A model generated the notes under the pieces. That model did no database searches, was not told where the DNA came from, and saw only the letters and a list, made by a program, of their open reading frames with translations. From Longimicrobiales bacterium (GTDB lineage Bacteria; Gemmatimonadota; Gemmatimonadetes; Longimicrobiales; Gaopeijiaceae): a DNA stretch of 64,000 nucleotides. Each line of letters begins with the position of its first letter. Positions within the stretch are counted from its first letter, which is position 1. Below are positions 49,929-59,904 of the stretch, piece by piece. A program made the translations under genes and the position numbers. The stretch spans positions 497,365 to 561,364 of the forward strand of contig JAWLHJ010000004.1 of NCBI GenBank assembly GCA_041690395.1, read 5' to 3'.

Positions 49929-50945
49929 CTACGACAGCCTGACCTCCCGCCCGGACGCCGCCGCCTCGTAGGCTGCTTCCAGCAGCCGGAGAAGGTCGAC
50001 CTGCTCCCTGGGCAAGGGAACGTCCACCTGGCCCTTCACCGCGCGCACGAACTCGTCGAGCAGCCGCCGGTAAGCGTTGGTGTAGGGGTTCTCTCCCCCG
50101 CTGGGTGTCGGCTGGCGGGGCGTCACTTCGAGCGGCCGACCGCCGAGCTGGCGGAACACGCGGAGCGGCGGAAGCGCTCCGGAACCCTCGGTGCCGAGCA
50201 GACGCGCGTAGAAGCGGTCCTCACTGGCGTACAGCCGGTTGGTCACCTCGAGGGTGAGGGCCAGCCCGTTCTCGCCCTCGGCCATGAGCGTGGCGGCGTC
50301 CTCGACCTCGAACTCACCGTACGTCAGAATGCACGACACGCGCTCGATCCTGGGGGAGCCCGTGAGCCAGAGGCACAAGTCGAGCGCCGGCACGCCCAGG
50401 TCGATCAGCGCCCCACCCCCCGTGTCCCTCCGCTGCCGCCAGGTGGGCCGCGTCACGGTCGCGGGACGGGTCATCCAGCTGCCGCGGACCGAGTAGAGCC
50501 GCCCGAGCTCGCCTTCCGCGACCACGTTGCGCAGCGCGGACACCTCGGGGCGGAACCGGTGCGGCATCCCCACCATCAGGATTCGTCCGGTCCCCTCGGC
50601 CACGTCGACGATGTGCTTGGCGCCTTCCGACGTCGACGCCAGCGGGCGCTCGACGAGCACGTGCTTCCCGGCCTCGAGGGCGCGCACCGCCATACCTTCG
50701 TGGAGATGGTTCGGCGTGGTCAGCACGACCGCGTCGAGGTCCGGATCCTCCACGAGCGCCTCCCACTCCATCACCCGCGGCACACCGAACCGCTCCGCCA
50801 GGGTCTTCGCCTTGTGCGGATCGGCATCGGCGAGCGCCATGACATCGACGTCGGCGCGCTCGGTCAGGATCGGGACGTGCACGACCTGGCTGATCGCGCC
50901 GGTCCCCACGATGCCGAGGCGGATGGCCTCGGAGCGTTCGGTCAT
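49929..50945 (-). CDS. Gfo/Idh/MocA family oxidoreductase
   Basis: GIVGTGAIS, TPNHLH, GKHVLVERP, GGGALIDLG. Confidence 0.9.
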   Translation of the reverse strand: MTERSEAIRLGIVGTGAISQVVHVPILTERADVDVMALADADPHKAKTLAERFGVPRVMEWEALVEDPDLDAVVLTTPNHLHEGMAVRALEAGKHVLVERPLASTSEGAKHIVDVAEGTGRILMVGMPHRFRPEVSALRNVVAEGELGRLYSVRGSWMTRPATVTRPTWRQRRDTGGGALIDLGVPALDLCLWLTGSPRIERVSCILTYGEFEVEDAATLMAEGENGLALTLEVTNRLYASEDRFYARLLGTEGSGALPPLRVFRQLGGRPLEVTPRQPTPSGGENPYTNAYRRLLDEFVRAVKGQVDVPLPREQVDLLRLLEAAYEAAASGREVRLS

Positions 50946-51643
50946 CGTTTCTCCTCACCCGGAACGAGGTTACCCCAGAGGAACTGGCCTCCGAGCCGAA
51001 TCTGAAAATACTGCATGTCCTCGATGATCTCGTAACGTCCCTGGCTGTGGATCCGAAAGCGATCGGTCAGCGGGTACTCGAGTCCGAGATGCAGGTTGAA
51101 GCCGGCGCTCACGGAGTCGAGGAGATCCTCGATGAAGGTCCCCTCGATCGCGGCACCGCTTCCGTCCATCACGTGACCCGACACACCCAGCCCCGCGTAC
51201 GTCAGCACGTTGAACGGCACGGCCCACACGACGTGGGCGTCCAGCCCCAGCGAGTAGTCCGTCCACTCGATGGTGCCGAGGTCGACGCTCGGAGGCAGGG
51301 AGCCGGTCTGGCGCGACACGAGATCCGCGACGCGGTCCTCCAACGTGTTCACCTCCGAGGCCTGAAACGGCGACGACCAGTACGTGAAGCTCGGCACGAT
51401 GCGGAGCCCCGGCCCCAGATAGCCGAAGTCCAGGCGGAGGGTGTAGCTTTCCGTCCGCTCGACCCGGGTCGGGAAGAGGTAGCCGGCCTCGAAGCCGATC
51501 CCCCGGAACTCGAGGTGCTCGTAGTCGAGGTCCGCGAGATCCTGCGCCGTCACGGGGGCCGGCAGTCCACACAGGACCGCCGCCGCGACCGCCAGCGCCA
51601 GCCGGGCCGCGCTCCGCCGGATCCTTTCGCGTCCGTTCGTCAT
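50942..51643 (-). CDS. Secreted protein, probable outer-membrane beta-barrel
   Basis: Signal peptide ending in VTA-Q; alternating aromatic/hydrophobic beta-strand pattern; start overlaps the rimO stop. Confidence 0.65.
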   Translation of the reverse strand: MTNGRERIRRSAARLALAVAAAVLCGLPAPVTAQDLADLDYEHLEFRGIGFEAGYLFPTRVERTESYTLRLDFGYLGPGLRIVPSFTYWSSPFQASEVNTLEDRVADLVSRQTGSLPPSVDLGTIEWTDYSLGLDAHVVWAVPFNVLTYAGLGVSGHVMDGSGAAIEGTFIEDLLDSVSAGFNLHLGLEYPLTDRFRIHSQGRYEIIEDMQYFQIRLGGQFLWGNLVPGEEKR

Positions 51644-53109
51644 CCCCGTACCTCCGCTACCAGGTCGTAGTCCAAGGCGTCCACGATCTCCACGTCGACG
51701 AATTCGCCCGGCTTCAGCCGCTCCAGGAGCGCCGGGTCCGGGGCCAGCACGTTCGTCACGCCGTCGACGTCCAACGCCTGCGCGACCGTGCGGGCCGTCG
51801 CGGCGTATTCGCGGTCCTCGGGCGTCAGGCGGTCCACGAGCGCCTTCGAGCGCGTCCCGACCAGGGCGAGGTTGCGGTCGAAGGAGATGCCGCGCTGCAC
51901 TTCCATGAGCGTCTCGAGCCGCTCGTAGATGAGCGACTCCGGGAGCTGCCCGGGAAGATCCGCGGCCCTGGTCCCCTCCTCGACCGAATATCCGAAGGCC
52001 CCCACGCGGTCGAACTCGATCTCCTCGAGCAGGTCCAGAAGGCCCTGGAAGTCCTCGTCGGTCTCGCCCGGGAACCCCACGATGACGGTCGTGCGGAGCG
52101 TCAGTCCGGGGATCGCCTCGCGGAGCCAGGAGACGCGCTCGCGGATAGTGGCCTGCCGCTCCGGACGGCGCATGAGCTCGAGCACCCGGTCGCTCCCGTG
52201 CTGGATCGGCATGTCCAGGTACGGCAGGATACGCGGCTCCCCCGCCATGAGATCCACCATCTCGCGGGTGATCCCCGACGGGTACATGTAGAACAGGCGA
52301 TACCACGGAATGTCGGTGCCGTCGATGAGCCCGCGGAGCAGCTCCGCGAGGAGCGGAGCCTCGCGGTCCTTCCGCTTGAGGTCCCGTCCGTACCAGGTCG
52401 TGTCCTGCGAGATGATGTTGATCTCGCGCACGCCCTGGGCGCCCATGGAGGCGGCCTCGCGCACGAGCTCGTCGAGCGGGTGTGACCGGTGCAACCCCCG
52501 CATCAGGGGAATCGCACAGAACGCGCAGGTGTGGTCGCACCCCTCGCTGATCTTCAGGTACGAGGTGTGGCGCGTCTCGGACGAGAGCACACGGAGCGGC
52601 CGTTCCATGAGGGGGACCACGTCCTCCTCGGCGGGGAGCAGCCCCCGGCTCCGGAGCTCGGGGATCAGCCCGGGAAGGTCGGTGAGTCCCATGAAGACGT
52701 CGACCTCGGGGATCTCCTCCACGAGCTCGCTCTTGTACCGCTGCACGAGGCAGCCCACGGCGACCACTGCCTTCAGCCCACCCGCGGCCTTGACCTCGCA
52801 CGCCTCCAGGATCGTCTCGATGGACTGTTCCTTGGCCTCCTGGATGAAGCCGCAGGTGTTCACGATGACCACGTCCGCGCCGTCCACGTCGGACGTCACG
52901 CGGGCGCCGTGGCCGACGAGCGCGGCCATCATGCGCTCGGAGTCGACGGTGTTCTTGTCGCAGCCGAGCGTGATCAGCGCGATGCGCGGACCGTCCGCGG
53001 GTCCCGCCGCATCGAGGTCGTGCGACACGGCGCTCACGCTGGCGGGCACACCCGGGCGCACGGGCTCGGGAGTGACCGGGAAGACCGGAAGGTCGCGTGT
53101 TCGTGTCAT
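51640..53109 (-). CDS. rimO: Ribosomal protein S12 methylthiotransferase
   Basis: LGCDKNTVDSE, NTCGFI, KISEGCDHTCAFC, SQDTT.YG.D, TRAM domain. Confidence 0.95.
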   Translation of the reverse strand: MTRTRDLPVFPVTPEPVRPGVPASVSAVSHDLDAAGPADGPRIALITLGCDKNTVDSERMMAALVGHGARVTSDVDGADVVIVNTCGFIQEAKEQSIETILEACEVKAAGGLKAVVAVGCLVQRYKSELVEEIPEVDVFMGLTDLPGLIPELRSRGLLPAEEDVVPLMERPLRVLSSETRHTSYLKISEGCDHTCAFCAIPLMRGLHRSHPLDELVREAASMGAQGVREINIISQDTTWYGRDLKRKDREAPLLAELLRGLIDGTDIPWYRLFYMYPSGITREMVDLMAGEPRILPYLDMPIQHGSDRVLELMRRPERQATIRERVSWLREAIPGLTLRTTVIVGFPGETDEDFQGLLDLLEEIEFDRVGAFGYSVEEGTRAADLPGQLPESLIYERLETLMEVQRGISFDRNLALVGTRSKALVDRLTPEDREYAATARTVAQALDVDGVTNVLAPDPALLERLKPGEFVDVEIVDALDYDLVAEVRG

Positions 53110-53119
53110 GGGATGGCCG

Positions 53120-53770
53120 TCAGCCGGATACGATGAGCGCGCCCTCGGGGGGCGTGAACGTGAACCACTCGCCCGCGGGATCGGAGGCGAAGTCGATGTT
53201 CGAGAGGGTGATCGTACGTACCGTCCCGTTCTCCTCTTCGATGCGGATACGGCGCAGGGCCGGCCGGCCTTCGTCGATCCAGAGCGTGGCCGCCCGATAC
53301 GAGGCGCGCTGCTTCGGGACGAGCCCCAGCCGATGGGTCGCGCGCCCGTCCACGGTGTCCGTCCCCTCGTAGGTCACGTCGTACTTCACCTCGGGATCCT
53401 CGAGGAACTCGCGGTGGAAGTCGTGCCCGCCGCGCTGCTGGGCGACCGGCATGCGCATCACCTGCTTCTCGTCGAGGCTGGGATAGTAGACCCAGACCCA
53501 TTCCCCGTCGATGACCACCCGGTCACCGTCGGGCTCGGTGAAGCGCATCGCGAACTTGTTGGGACGCGCCTGACAGATACGGCCCGTTCCGGTGCGCTCG
53601 TCTCCGAGGAGCGGCACGACCAGATGCTGCGAAAAGTCGGCGCAGAGCGCGTCGACCTGCTGGTACCGCTCCGCCGCCCCGTTGATGATCGCGAGGCCGT
53701 CCTGCGCGGCCGTCGGGGAGGGTGCGAATACGATGGCGACGAGGGCGAGGGCGATCGACGCACGCATCAT
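53120..53770 (-). CDS. lolA: Outer-membrane lipoprotein carrier LolA family
   Basis: Signal peptide, ADFSQ, RPNKF, DG..VW.Y.P, FTFTPP; follows ftsK. Confidence 0.88.
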   Translation of the reverse strand: MMRASIALALVAIVFAPSPTAAQDGLAIINGAAERYQQVDALCADFSQHLVVPLLGDERTGTGRICQARPNKFAMRFTEPDGDRVVIDGEWVWVYYPSLDEKQVMRMPVAQQRGGHDFHREFLEDPEVKYDVTYEGTDTVDGRATHRLGLVPKQRASYRAATLWIDEGRPALRRIRIEEENGTVRTITLSNIDFASDPAGEWFTFTPPEGALIVSG

Positions 53771-56154
53771 ACCGGCCCCGCCCCGCAGATGGCGTCGAGC
53801 TCGTCCATGCTCACCAGGACCTCCCGTCCCTTCGGTCCGTCGGACGGCCCGATGACGCCCGCGTCGTGGAGCTGGTCCACGATCCGGGCCGCCCGGCCGT
53901 AGCCGATGCTGAGCCTCCGCTGGAGCAGCGACGTCGACCCCGTCCCGTTCTGGATGCACACCTCCGCGGCCGCCCGGAACAGCTCGTCCCAGTCGCCCGC
54001 GATCTCCTCGACCTGCGCCGCGGCGTCGTCCAGCTCCTGGCTCTTCAGCTCGTCCAGGATGTCCGTCTCCGGAATCGGCTCCTCCGGACGGTCCTCGACC
54101 TCGCCCCTCCGTTCCAGGAGCTCGATGTACCAGCCCATCAGTCGCTCGGTGTCCTCGGTCGGCAGATACGCTCCCTGGATGCGCACGGGGTCGCTCTGGC
54201 CCGGCGGCAGGAAGAGCATGTCCCCGTTGCCGAGGAGCGCATCGGCGCCGTTCTGGTCCAGAATCGTGCGGGAGTCGGTCTTCGAGGCGACCCGGAACGC
54301 GATCCGCGTCGGGAAGTTCGCCTTGATGAGTCCGGTGATGACGTTCACCGACGGCCGCTGCGTCGCGACGATCAGGTGGATGCCGATCGCCCGCGCCTTC
54401 TGCGCGAGCTGCGTGAGCGGCTTCTCGATCTCGCTCTGCACGGTCATCATGAGGTCGGCGAGCTCGTCGACCACCACGACGATGTAGGGCATCAGCCCTT
54501 CCTGATAGATCCATCGGTCTTCGTCTCCCTCTGGGCCCCTCGGCTCGCTGCGCTTGAGCAGCACGCCGTCGCGCACCTTGCGGTTGAATTCCGCGATCGA
54601 CCGGACATGGTTGGCCTTGAGGAGCGTGTAGCGACGCTCCATCTCGATCACGGCCCACTTGAGTACACCGGCGGCGTCCCTGGGGTCGGTGACGACGTTG
54701 TGGCGCAGATGCGGAAGCCGTCCGTAGACCGAGAGCTCGACCATCTTGGGGTCGATCATCAGGAGACGGAGCGTCTCGGGCGTGTGACGGAACACGAGGC
54801 TCGTCACGATCGTGTTGATGCACACCGACTTTCCGGAGCCCGTGGCGCCGGCGATGAGCAGGTGGGGCATCTTCTCCAGCGGCGTAACGTAAGCACGCCC
54901 CGAGAGGTCCTTGCCCAGCGCGAGCGGCAGGTCGCCCTTCGCGTTCCGGAAGGCCGGCGTCTCCAGGATCTCCCGGAGGTTCACGATCTCCTTCTCGGGG
55001 TTGGGGATCTCGACGCCCACCGCGCCCTTCCCGGGGATCGGGGCCACGATACGGATCGTCTGCGCCTTCATGGCGAGCGCGAGATCCGCGTCGAGGTTCG
55101 CGATCCGGTTCACCTTCACGCCCGGCGCCGGCACGACCTCGAACTGCGTCACGACGGGGCCCGTGGTCCGGCCCCCGAGCTCGCTCTTGATGTTGAACGT
55201 GCTCAGCTTCTCGATGAGGATCTTGCCGAGCTCGTCCAGCCCCCGCTCCATCTTCGCGCGATCGACACGCTCCGGCGCGCTCAGTAGGTCGACGGGCGGC
55301 ATCTCGTGGTCGGAGCCGTCGGGCGCGTTCGGATCGGGGAGGTCGTCGTCGTCCGCGTCGTCGTAGTCGTGTGCCCCGGCGGGCGCCTCCGGCTCATGGT
55401 CCCACGCGGACTCACCTTCCCAGGGAGCCTCGCCCCCGTCGTCCTCGAGGTCCTCCTCGGCTTCCTCGCCTTCGACCTCCTCGGGCGCCGGGTCGGACTC
55501 CGCGTCGTCCTCGCGCATCCACTCGGGCTCGAGCCCCGGCACGGGGGCCACGTCCTCCGCGTCGGGCTCCTCGACCACTTCGAGCGCCCGGGCCTCCGCC
55601 GCCTGCCGGCGCTTCTCCGCGAGCTGGCGGGCGGCCCGGCCCGCCGCGTCGCCACCGGCCAGCAGGCCGCGCCCCGCCGCGCGGAGCGGATTCCAGCCCA
55701 GGGTTCCCACCGACAGCGCGACCACGCCCACGGAACAGACGAGCACCGCGCCCAGCCAGCCTACCCAGGCCTGCAGCGGCTCGCCGAGGGCTCGGCCGAG
55801 CCAGCCGGACCCGGCGGATCCGGCGGTGAAGATCCAGGTGGCGGTCGGGAGCAGGAGGAGCAACCCCGCGCCCAACACGGCCGCGCGCAGCGCCAGCCCG
55901 GGATCGATCCACTCGCCCAGGCGAACGCCCCCGAGCAGCACGAGGACGGGCACGAGGAACGCCGTTCCGCCCAGGAACGCCGTCAGGATGCCGTGGACCG
56001 TTCCGCCCACCATCCCCATCATGTTTCCGGAGGGGAACCACTCCACCCCCCGCTCGCCGAACAGCGCGACCGGAAGCAGGGACAGGAGCACGAAGAGGCC
56101 CACGGCGAGCAGCGCCACCGCGAGGATCTCCCGTCTCTGTTCCGCACTGAGCAT
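53767..56154 (-). CDS. ftsK: DNA translocase FtsK
   Basis: N-terminal TM domain, GATGSGKS, DELADLM, ATQRPS, gamma domain LQRRL.IGY.RAAR. Confidence 0.97.
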   Translation of the reverse strand: MLSAEQRREILAVALLAVGLFVLLSLLPVALFGERGVEWFPSGNMMGMVGGTVHGILTAFLGGTAFLVPVLVLLGGVRLGEWIDPGLALRAAVLGAGLLLLLPTATWIFTAGSAGSGWLGRALGEPLQAWVGWLGAVLVCSVGVVALSVGTLGWNPLRAAGRGLLAGGDAAGRAARQLAEKRRQAAEARALEVVEEPDAEDVAPVPGLEPEWMREDDAESDPAPEEVEGEEAEEDLEDDGGEAPWEGESAWDHEPEAPAGAHDYDDADDDDLPDPNAPDGSDHEMPPVDLLSAPERVDRAKMERGLDELGKILIEKLSTFNIKSELGGRTTGPVVTQFEVVPAPGVKVNRIANLDADLALAMKAQTIRIVAPIPGKGAVGVEIPNPEKEIVNLREILETPAFRNAKGDLPLALGKDLSGRAYVTPLEKMPHLLIAGATGSGKSVCINTIVTSLVFRHTPETLRLLMIDPKMVELSVYGRLPHLRHNVVTDPRDAAGVLKWAVIEMERRYTLLKANHVRSIAEFNRKVRDGVLLKRSEPRGPEGDEDRWIYQEGLMPYIVVVVDELADLMMTVQSEIEKPLTQLAQKARAIGIHLIVATQRPSVNVITGLIKANFPTRIAFRVASKTDSRTILDQNGADALLGNGDMLFLPPGQSDPVRIQGAYLPTEDTERLMGWYIELLERRGEVEDRPEEPIPETDILDELKSQELDDAAAQVEEIAGDWDELFRAAAEVCIQNGTGSTSLLQRRLSIGYGRAARIVDQLHDAGVIGPSDGPKGREVLVSMDELDAICGAGPV

Positions 56155-56157
56155 CGG

Positions 56158-56889
56158 CTAGCTCTTCCGTTCCACCGTCGCGGTGATCGCCTGGTCCGTC
56201 ATCTCCGGCACGATGCCGTGTCGATCCACGTCCGCGCAGATCTCCAGATCGTCGGACAGCCCGATCTCGGAGAGCACCCCGGCCGCCGCGGTGTCCGCCA
56301 GGACCGCCCGGTCCGGCTGCAAGGACTCTGCCAGGACCAGGGCCGCGCGGGACGCGTCGTTCAGACGGGGAGACTCGCCCGCCGCATCGTGGATCCTCGA
56401 GATCAGGGCACCGGCGCAGAGGGCGTCCTCTATGGAAAACTCGTCTTCCTTGCCGGCGCAGAGGATGGCCACCGCCTCGGAGCCTGCCAGCGCTCCGGCC
56501 ACGGCCCCCAGGTTGGTGAAGGCGCAGACGACGAGGCGCTCCCCTTCCGCGCCGGCCACCAGGGCGCGGGTTCCGTTCGTGGTGCTCATCACGAGGCGCT
56601 TGCCCCGCACGGCCTCCGCGGTGAACTCACGCGGCGAGTTCCCGAGATCGAAGCCTTCGATCTTCACCCCCTTCCGCTCACCGCAGAGCAACGTGTCCTC
56701 GCGCCCGAACGACTGCGCGAGCCGGACGGCGTCCTCGGTGGAGGCCGTCGGGTAGATGGCGCGGGCGCCGTTGGCGAGCGCCTCGGTCATGGTGGTGGTC
56801 GCCCGGATGACGTCGATGACCACCACCACCGACGTGGCGAGGGCCTGCGGGTCCACCTCGGCCGTGGTGAAGTACGTGTCGATCCTCAT
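56158..56889 (-). CDS. 2-phosphosulfolactate phosphatase (ComB) family protein
   Basis: VIDVIRATT, GER.G, GNSP.E, STTNGT, ED..CAG. Confidence 0.88.
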   Translation of the reverse strand: MRIDTYFTTAEVDPQALATSVVVVIDVIRATTTMTEALANGARAIYPTASTEDAVRLAQSFGREDTLLCGERKGVKIEGFDLGNSPREFTAEAVRGKRLVMSTTNGTRALVAGAEGERLVVCAFTNLGAVAGALAGSEAVAILCAGKEDEFSIEDALCAGALISRIHDAAGESPRLNDASRAALVLAESLQPDRAVLADTAAAGVLSEIGLSDDLEICADVDRHGIVPEMTDQAITATVERKS

Positions 56890-56899
56890 CGGCCGCCCG

Positions 56900-58261
56900 T
56901 CACGCGTGCTCGCGCGCCGCGTCCTCCGCCTGAATCCGCGCCACGAATCCGGTGTCCACGTCGCCCCGGATGAACGCCTCGTCGTCGAGGATCCGCCGGA
57001 GGAAGGGGAGCGTGGTATGGATGCCTTCGATGATGAACTGGTCCAGGGAATGCCTGGCCCGCACGATGGCCTCGTCCCGGTCGCGACCGCTCACGATGAG
57101 CTTCGCGATCAGCGAGTCGTAGTAGGGGGGCACCTTGTACCCGGCGTACACGTGGGTGTCGAGGCGGACACCCGGACCGCCCGGCGGGTGGAAGGTGTGA
57201 ATCGTCCCCGGGGACGGCGCGAAGTTGCGCGCCGGGTCCTCGGCGTTGATGCGGAACTCGATCGCGTGCCCGCGGAGCTCCGCGCCCTCGGGGTTGGACA
57301 GCGGCTCGCCCGCGGCGACCCGGACCTGCTCCTTCACCAGGTCGACCCCGGTGCACACCTCGGTCACGGGATGCTCCACCTGGATCCGGGTGTTCATCTC
57401 CATGAAGTAGAACGACCCGTCCTGGTCGAGCAGGAACTCCACGGTCCCGGCTCCGACGTAGTCGATCGCCTGGGCGGCCTTCACGGCGGCCTGGCCCATC
57501 TCCTCCCGAAGCTCGGGGGTGAGCGCGGGCGACGGCGCCTCTTCGAGCAGCTTCTGGTGACGTCGCTGGATCGAGCAGTCGCGCTCTCCGAAGTGGACGA
57601 CCTTCCCCTTGCTGTCGCCGAAGACTTGGATCTCGACGTGGCGCGGCTTCAGGATGCACTTCTCGAGGTACACGCCCCCGTTGCCGAACGCCGCCTGTGC
57701 CTCGACCTGCGCGGCCTTCAACTGCTTCTCGAACGTGTCGGGCTTGTCGGCGATCCGCATCCCCTTGCCGCCCCCGCCCGCCGACGCCTTGATCATGATC
57801 GGGTACCCGATCTCGTCGGCGACGCGACGGGCCTCGTCCATGTCGTCGATGATCCCCTCGGAGCCGGGCACGGTCGGCACGCCCACGTCCATCATGGTCT
57901 GCCGGGCCGTCGCCTTGTCGCCCATCAGCCGGATCTGCTCCGGCGTGGGCCCGATGAAGACGAGCTCCGAACGGGCGCAGATCTCGCTGAACTCGGCGTT
58001 CTCCGCGAGAAATCCGTACCCGGGATGGATCGCCTCGGCGCCCGTCACCTCGGCGGCCGCGATGATCCTCGGGATGTTCAGGTAGCTCTCACTCGCCGCG
58101 GCTGGACCGATGCAGACGTCTTCGTCGGCGAAGCGCACGTGCAGCGACTCGCGATCGGCCTCCGAATACACCGCGACGGTCTTCACGCCCAGCTCGTGGC
58201 AGGCGCGGATGATGCGCAGCGCGATCTCGCCTCGATTGGCGATCAGGACCTTCTGGAACAA
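56900..58261 (-). CDS. accC: Acetyl-CoA carboxylase biotin carboxylase subunit
   Basis: [42 protein letters not shown] start. Confidence 0.98.
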   Translation of the reverse strand: MFQKVLIANRGEIALRIIRACHELGVKTVAVYSEADRESLHVRFADEDVCIGPAAASESYLNIPRIIAAAEVTGAEAIHPGYGFLAENAEFSEICARSELVFIGPTPEQIRLMGDKATARQTMMDVGVPTVPGSEGIIDDMDEARRVADEIGYPIMIKASAGGGGKGMRIADKPDTFEKQLKAAQVEAQAAFGNGGVYLEKCILKPRHVEIQVFGDSKGKVVHFGERDCSIQRRHQKLLEEAPSPALTPELREEMGQAAVKAAQAIDYVGAGTVEFLLDQDGSFYFMEMNTRIQVEHPVTEVCTGVDLVKEQVRVAAGEPLSNPEGAELRGHAIEFRINAEDPARNFAPSPGTIHTFHPPGGPGVRLDTHVYAGYKVPPYYDSLIAKLIVSGRDRDEAIVRARHSLDQFIIEGIHTTLPFLRRILDDEAFIRGDVDTGFVARIQAEDAAREHA

Positions 58262-58370
58262 GCGTATCCCTCCATGAACGCGGCACGTCCGATCCTCGGG
58301 GGCTCGGACGTGCCTCGACTCCTCCCGAAGGAGGAGAATGTGTCAGTCTTCCGGGCCGGCGCCGTGCGCG

Positions 58371-58859
58371 TCAGCTCGGACGGACCCGGAACAGGACCTG
58401 GCCGAACTCCACCGGCTGAGCGTTCTCGACGCAGATCTCGACCACGGTGCCCTTCACCTCGGACTCGAGCTCGTTCATGAGCTTCATCGCCTCGATGATG
58501 CAGAGCGTGTCGCCGAGCGCGATCTTGCTGCCCTCGTCGACGTACGCGGGGGCGTCCGGCGCGGGGGCCCGGTAGAACGTGCCCACCATGGGCGACGTGA
58601 CCTCGATGAGGTCTTCGTCCTTCGCGGGCGCGCCGGCGGGCTCGGATTCGGCGCCGCCGGAAGCCGGCGCCGGGGCTGGCGCCTGGGGCTGAGGGGCCGC
58701 GGGCGCGAGGGCCGGAGCGGCCTGCACGGCCGGCGCCGCGGCGACGGGCGGCGTCTTCGCCAGCCGCACCCGCGTGCCTCCGCGCTCGATCTCGAGCGAA
58801 TCCACTCCGCTCTCGTCGAACGCACGAATCAAACGCTCGATGAACTCCAAGTCGATCAT
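58371..58859 (-). CDS. accB: Biotin carboxyl carrier protein
   Basis: Ala/Pro linker, [15 protein letters not shown]. Confidence 0.98.
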   Translation of the reverse strand: MIDLEFIERLIRAFDESGVDSLEIERGGTRVRLAKTPPVAAAPAVQAAPALAPAAPQPQAPAPAPASGGAESEPAGAPAKDEDLIEVTSPMVGTFYRAPAPDAPAYVDEGSKIALGDTLCIIEAMKLMNELESEVKGTVVEICVENAQPVEFGQVLFRVRPS

Positions 58860-58863
58860 GCGT

Positions 58864-59424
58864 TCACACCCTGGAAAGGTATTTGTCTTCGGTTCGGTCG
58901 ATCCTCAGCACGTCGCCCTCTTCGACGAAGAGCGGGACCTGGATCACGGCGCCGGTCTCGAGGGTCGCAGGCTTCGTGCCACCCTGGGCCGTGTCGCCCC
59001 GGAGGCCCGGATCGGTCTTGGTCACCTCGAGCTCCACGAACTGCGGCAGCTCTACGCTGATGACCTTGTCGTTATGCACGAGGCCCTCGCACTCCATGTT
59101 CTCCTTGAGATACTGGAGCTGCTCCTCACCGAGCAGGTCCCCCGAGATCGGGATCATCTCGAAGGTGTTGGCGTCCATGAAGTAATACAGGACGCCGTCG
59201 GTGTAGCTGTAGTTCACCGGCCGTCGCTCGAGGCGCACGTCCGTGACCTTCTCGCCGGCCCGGTACGTCTTGTCGACGACCGCGCCCGTCAGGACGTTCT
59301 TGAGCTTGGTGCGCACGAAGGCGCCGCCCTTGCCGGGCTTCACGTGCTGGAAATAGCTGATGGCCCAGAGATCACCTTCGATCTCGAGGACCATTCCGTT
59401 GCGGAAATCCGCGGTGCTCGCCAT
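58864..59424 (-). CDS. efp: Elongation factor P
   Basis: [28 protein letters not shown]. Confidence 0.98.
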   Translation of the reverse strand: MASTADFRNGMVLEIEGDLWAISYFQHVKPGKGGAFVRTKLKNVLTGAVVDKTYRAGEKVTDVRLERRPVNYSYTDGVLYYFMDANTFEMIPISGDLLGEEQLQYLKENMECEGLVHNDKVISVELPQFVELEVTKTDPGLRGDTAQGGTKPATLETGAVIQVPLFVEEGDVLRIDRTEDKYLSRV

Positions 59425-59469
59425 GCGGCCTCGCGTTGGGGATCGTGTGCTTGGATTCGCTCCGCGACT

Positions 59470-59904
59470 TCAGTCGCGGAGCCGGGCCACCAGGCCCCGG
59501 AGCCCTAGAAGATAGCTCTCGACGCCGAAGCCATAAACCACACCGGCCGCGACACCCGAAAGATAGGAGTGGTGCCTGAACGGCTCCCGGGCCGCCGTGT
59601 TGGAGAGGTGCACCTCGACGAACGGACGGTCCACGCCCGCGAGCGCATCGCGGAGCGCCACCGAAGTATGGGTCAGCGCGCCGGGGTTGATCACGAAGCC
59701 GTCGACCCGACCGGCGGCCTCCTCGACGTGGTCGAGGATCTCTCCCTCGTGGTTCGACTGGAACGTCTCGAGCTCGACGTCGAGCTGGCCCGCGAGCTCG
59801 CCCAGCGCGGCGTTCACGTCGGACAGGGTGGCGGTGCCGTACACCTCCGGCTCACGCCGGCCCAGGAGCCGAAGGTTCGGCCCGTGGATCACTCCGACCC
59901 TCAC
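59470..59904 (-). CDS. aroQ: Type II 3-dehydroquinate dehydratase
   Basis: GPNL.LLG.REPEVYG, QSNHEG, NPGALTH, EVHLSN, RE.FRH.S. Confidence 0.97.
   Translation of the reverse strand: MRVGVIHGPNLRLLGRREPEVYGTATLSDVNAALGELAGQLDVELETFQSNHEGEILDHVEEAAGRVDGFVINPGALTHTSVALRDALAGVDRPFVEVHLSNTAAREPFRHHSYLSGVAAGVVYGFGVESYLLGLRGLVARLRD

Noticed and set aside
58864..59424. Unusual EF-P modification system
   Set aside because: Ordinary PGKG loop and no modification enzyme nearby; nothing supportable from this window
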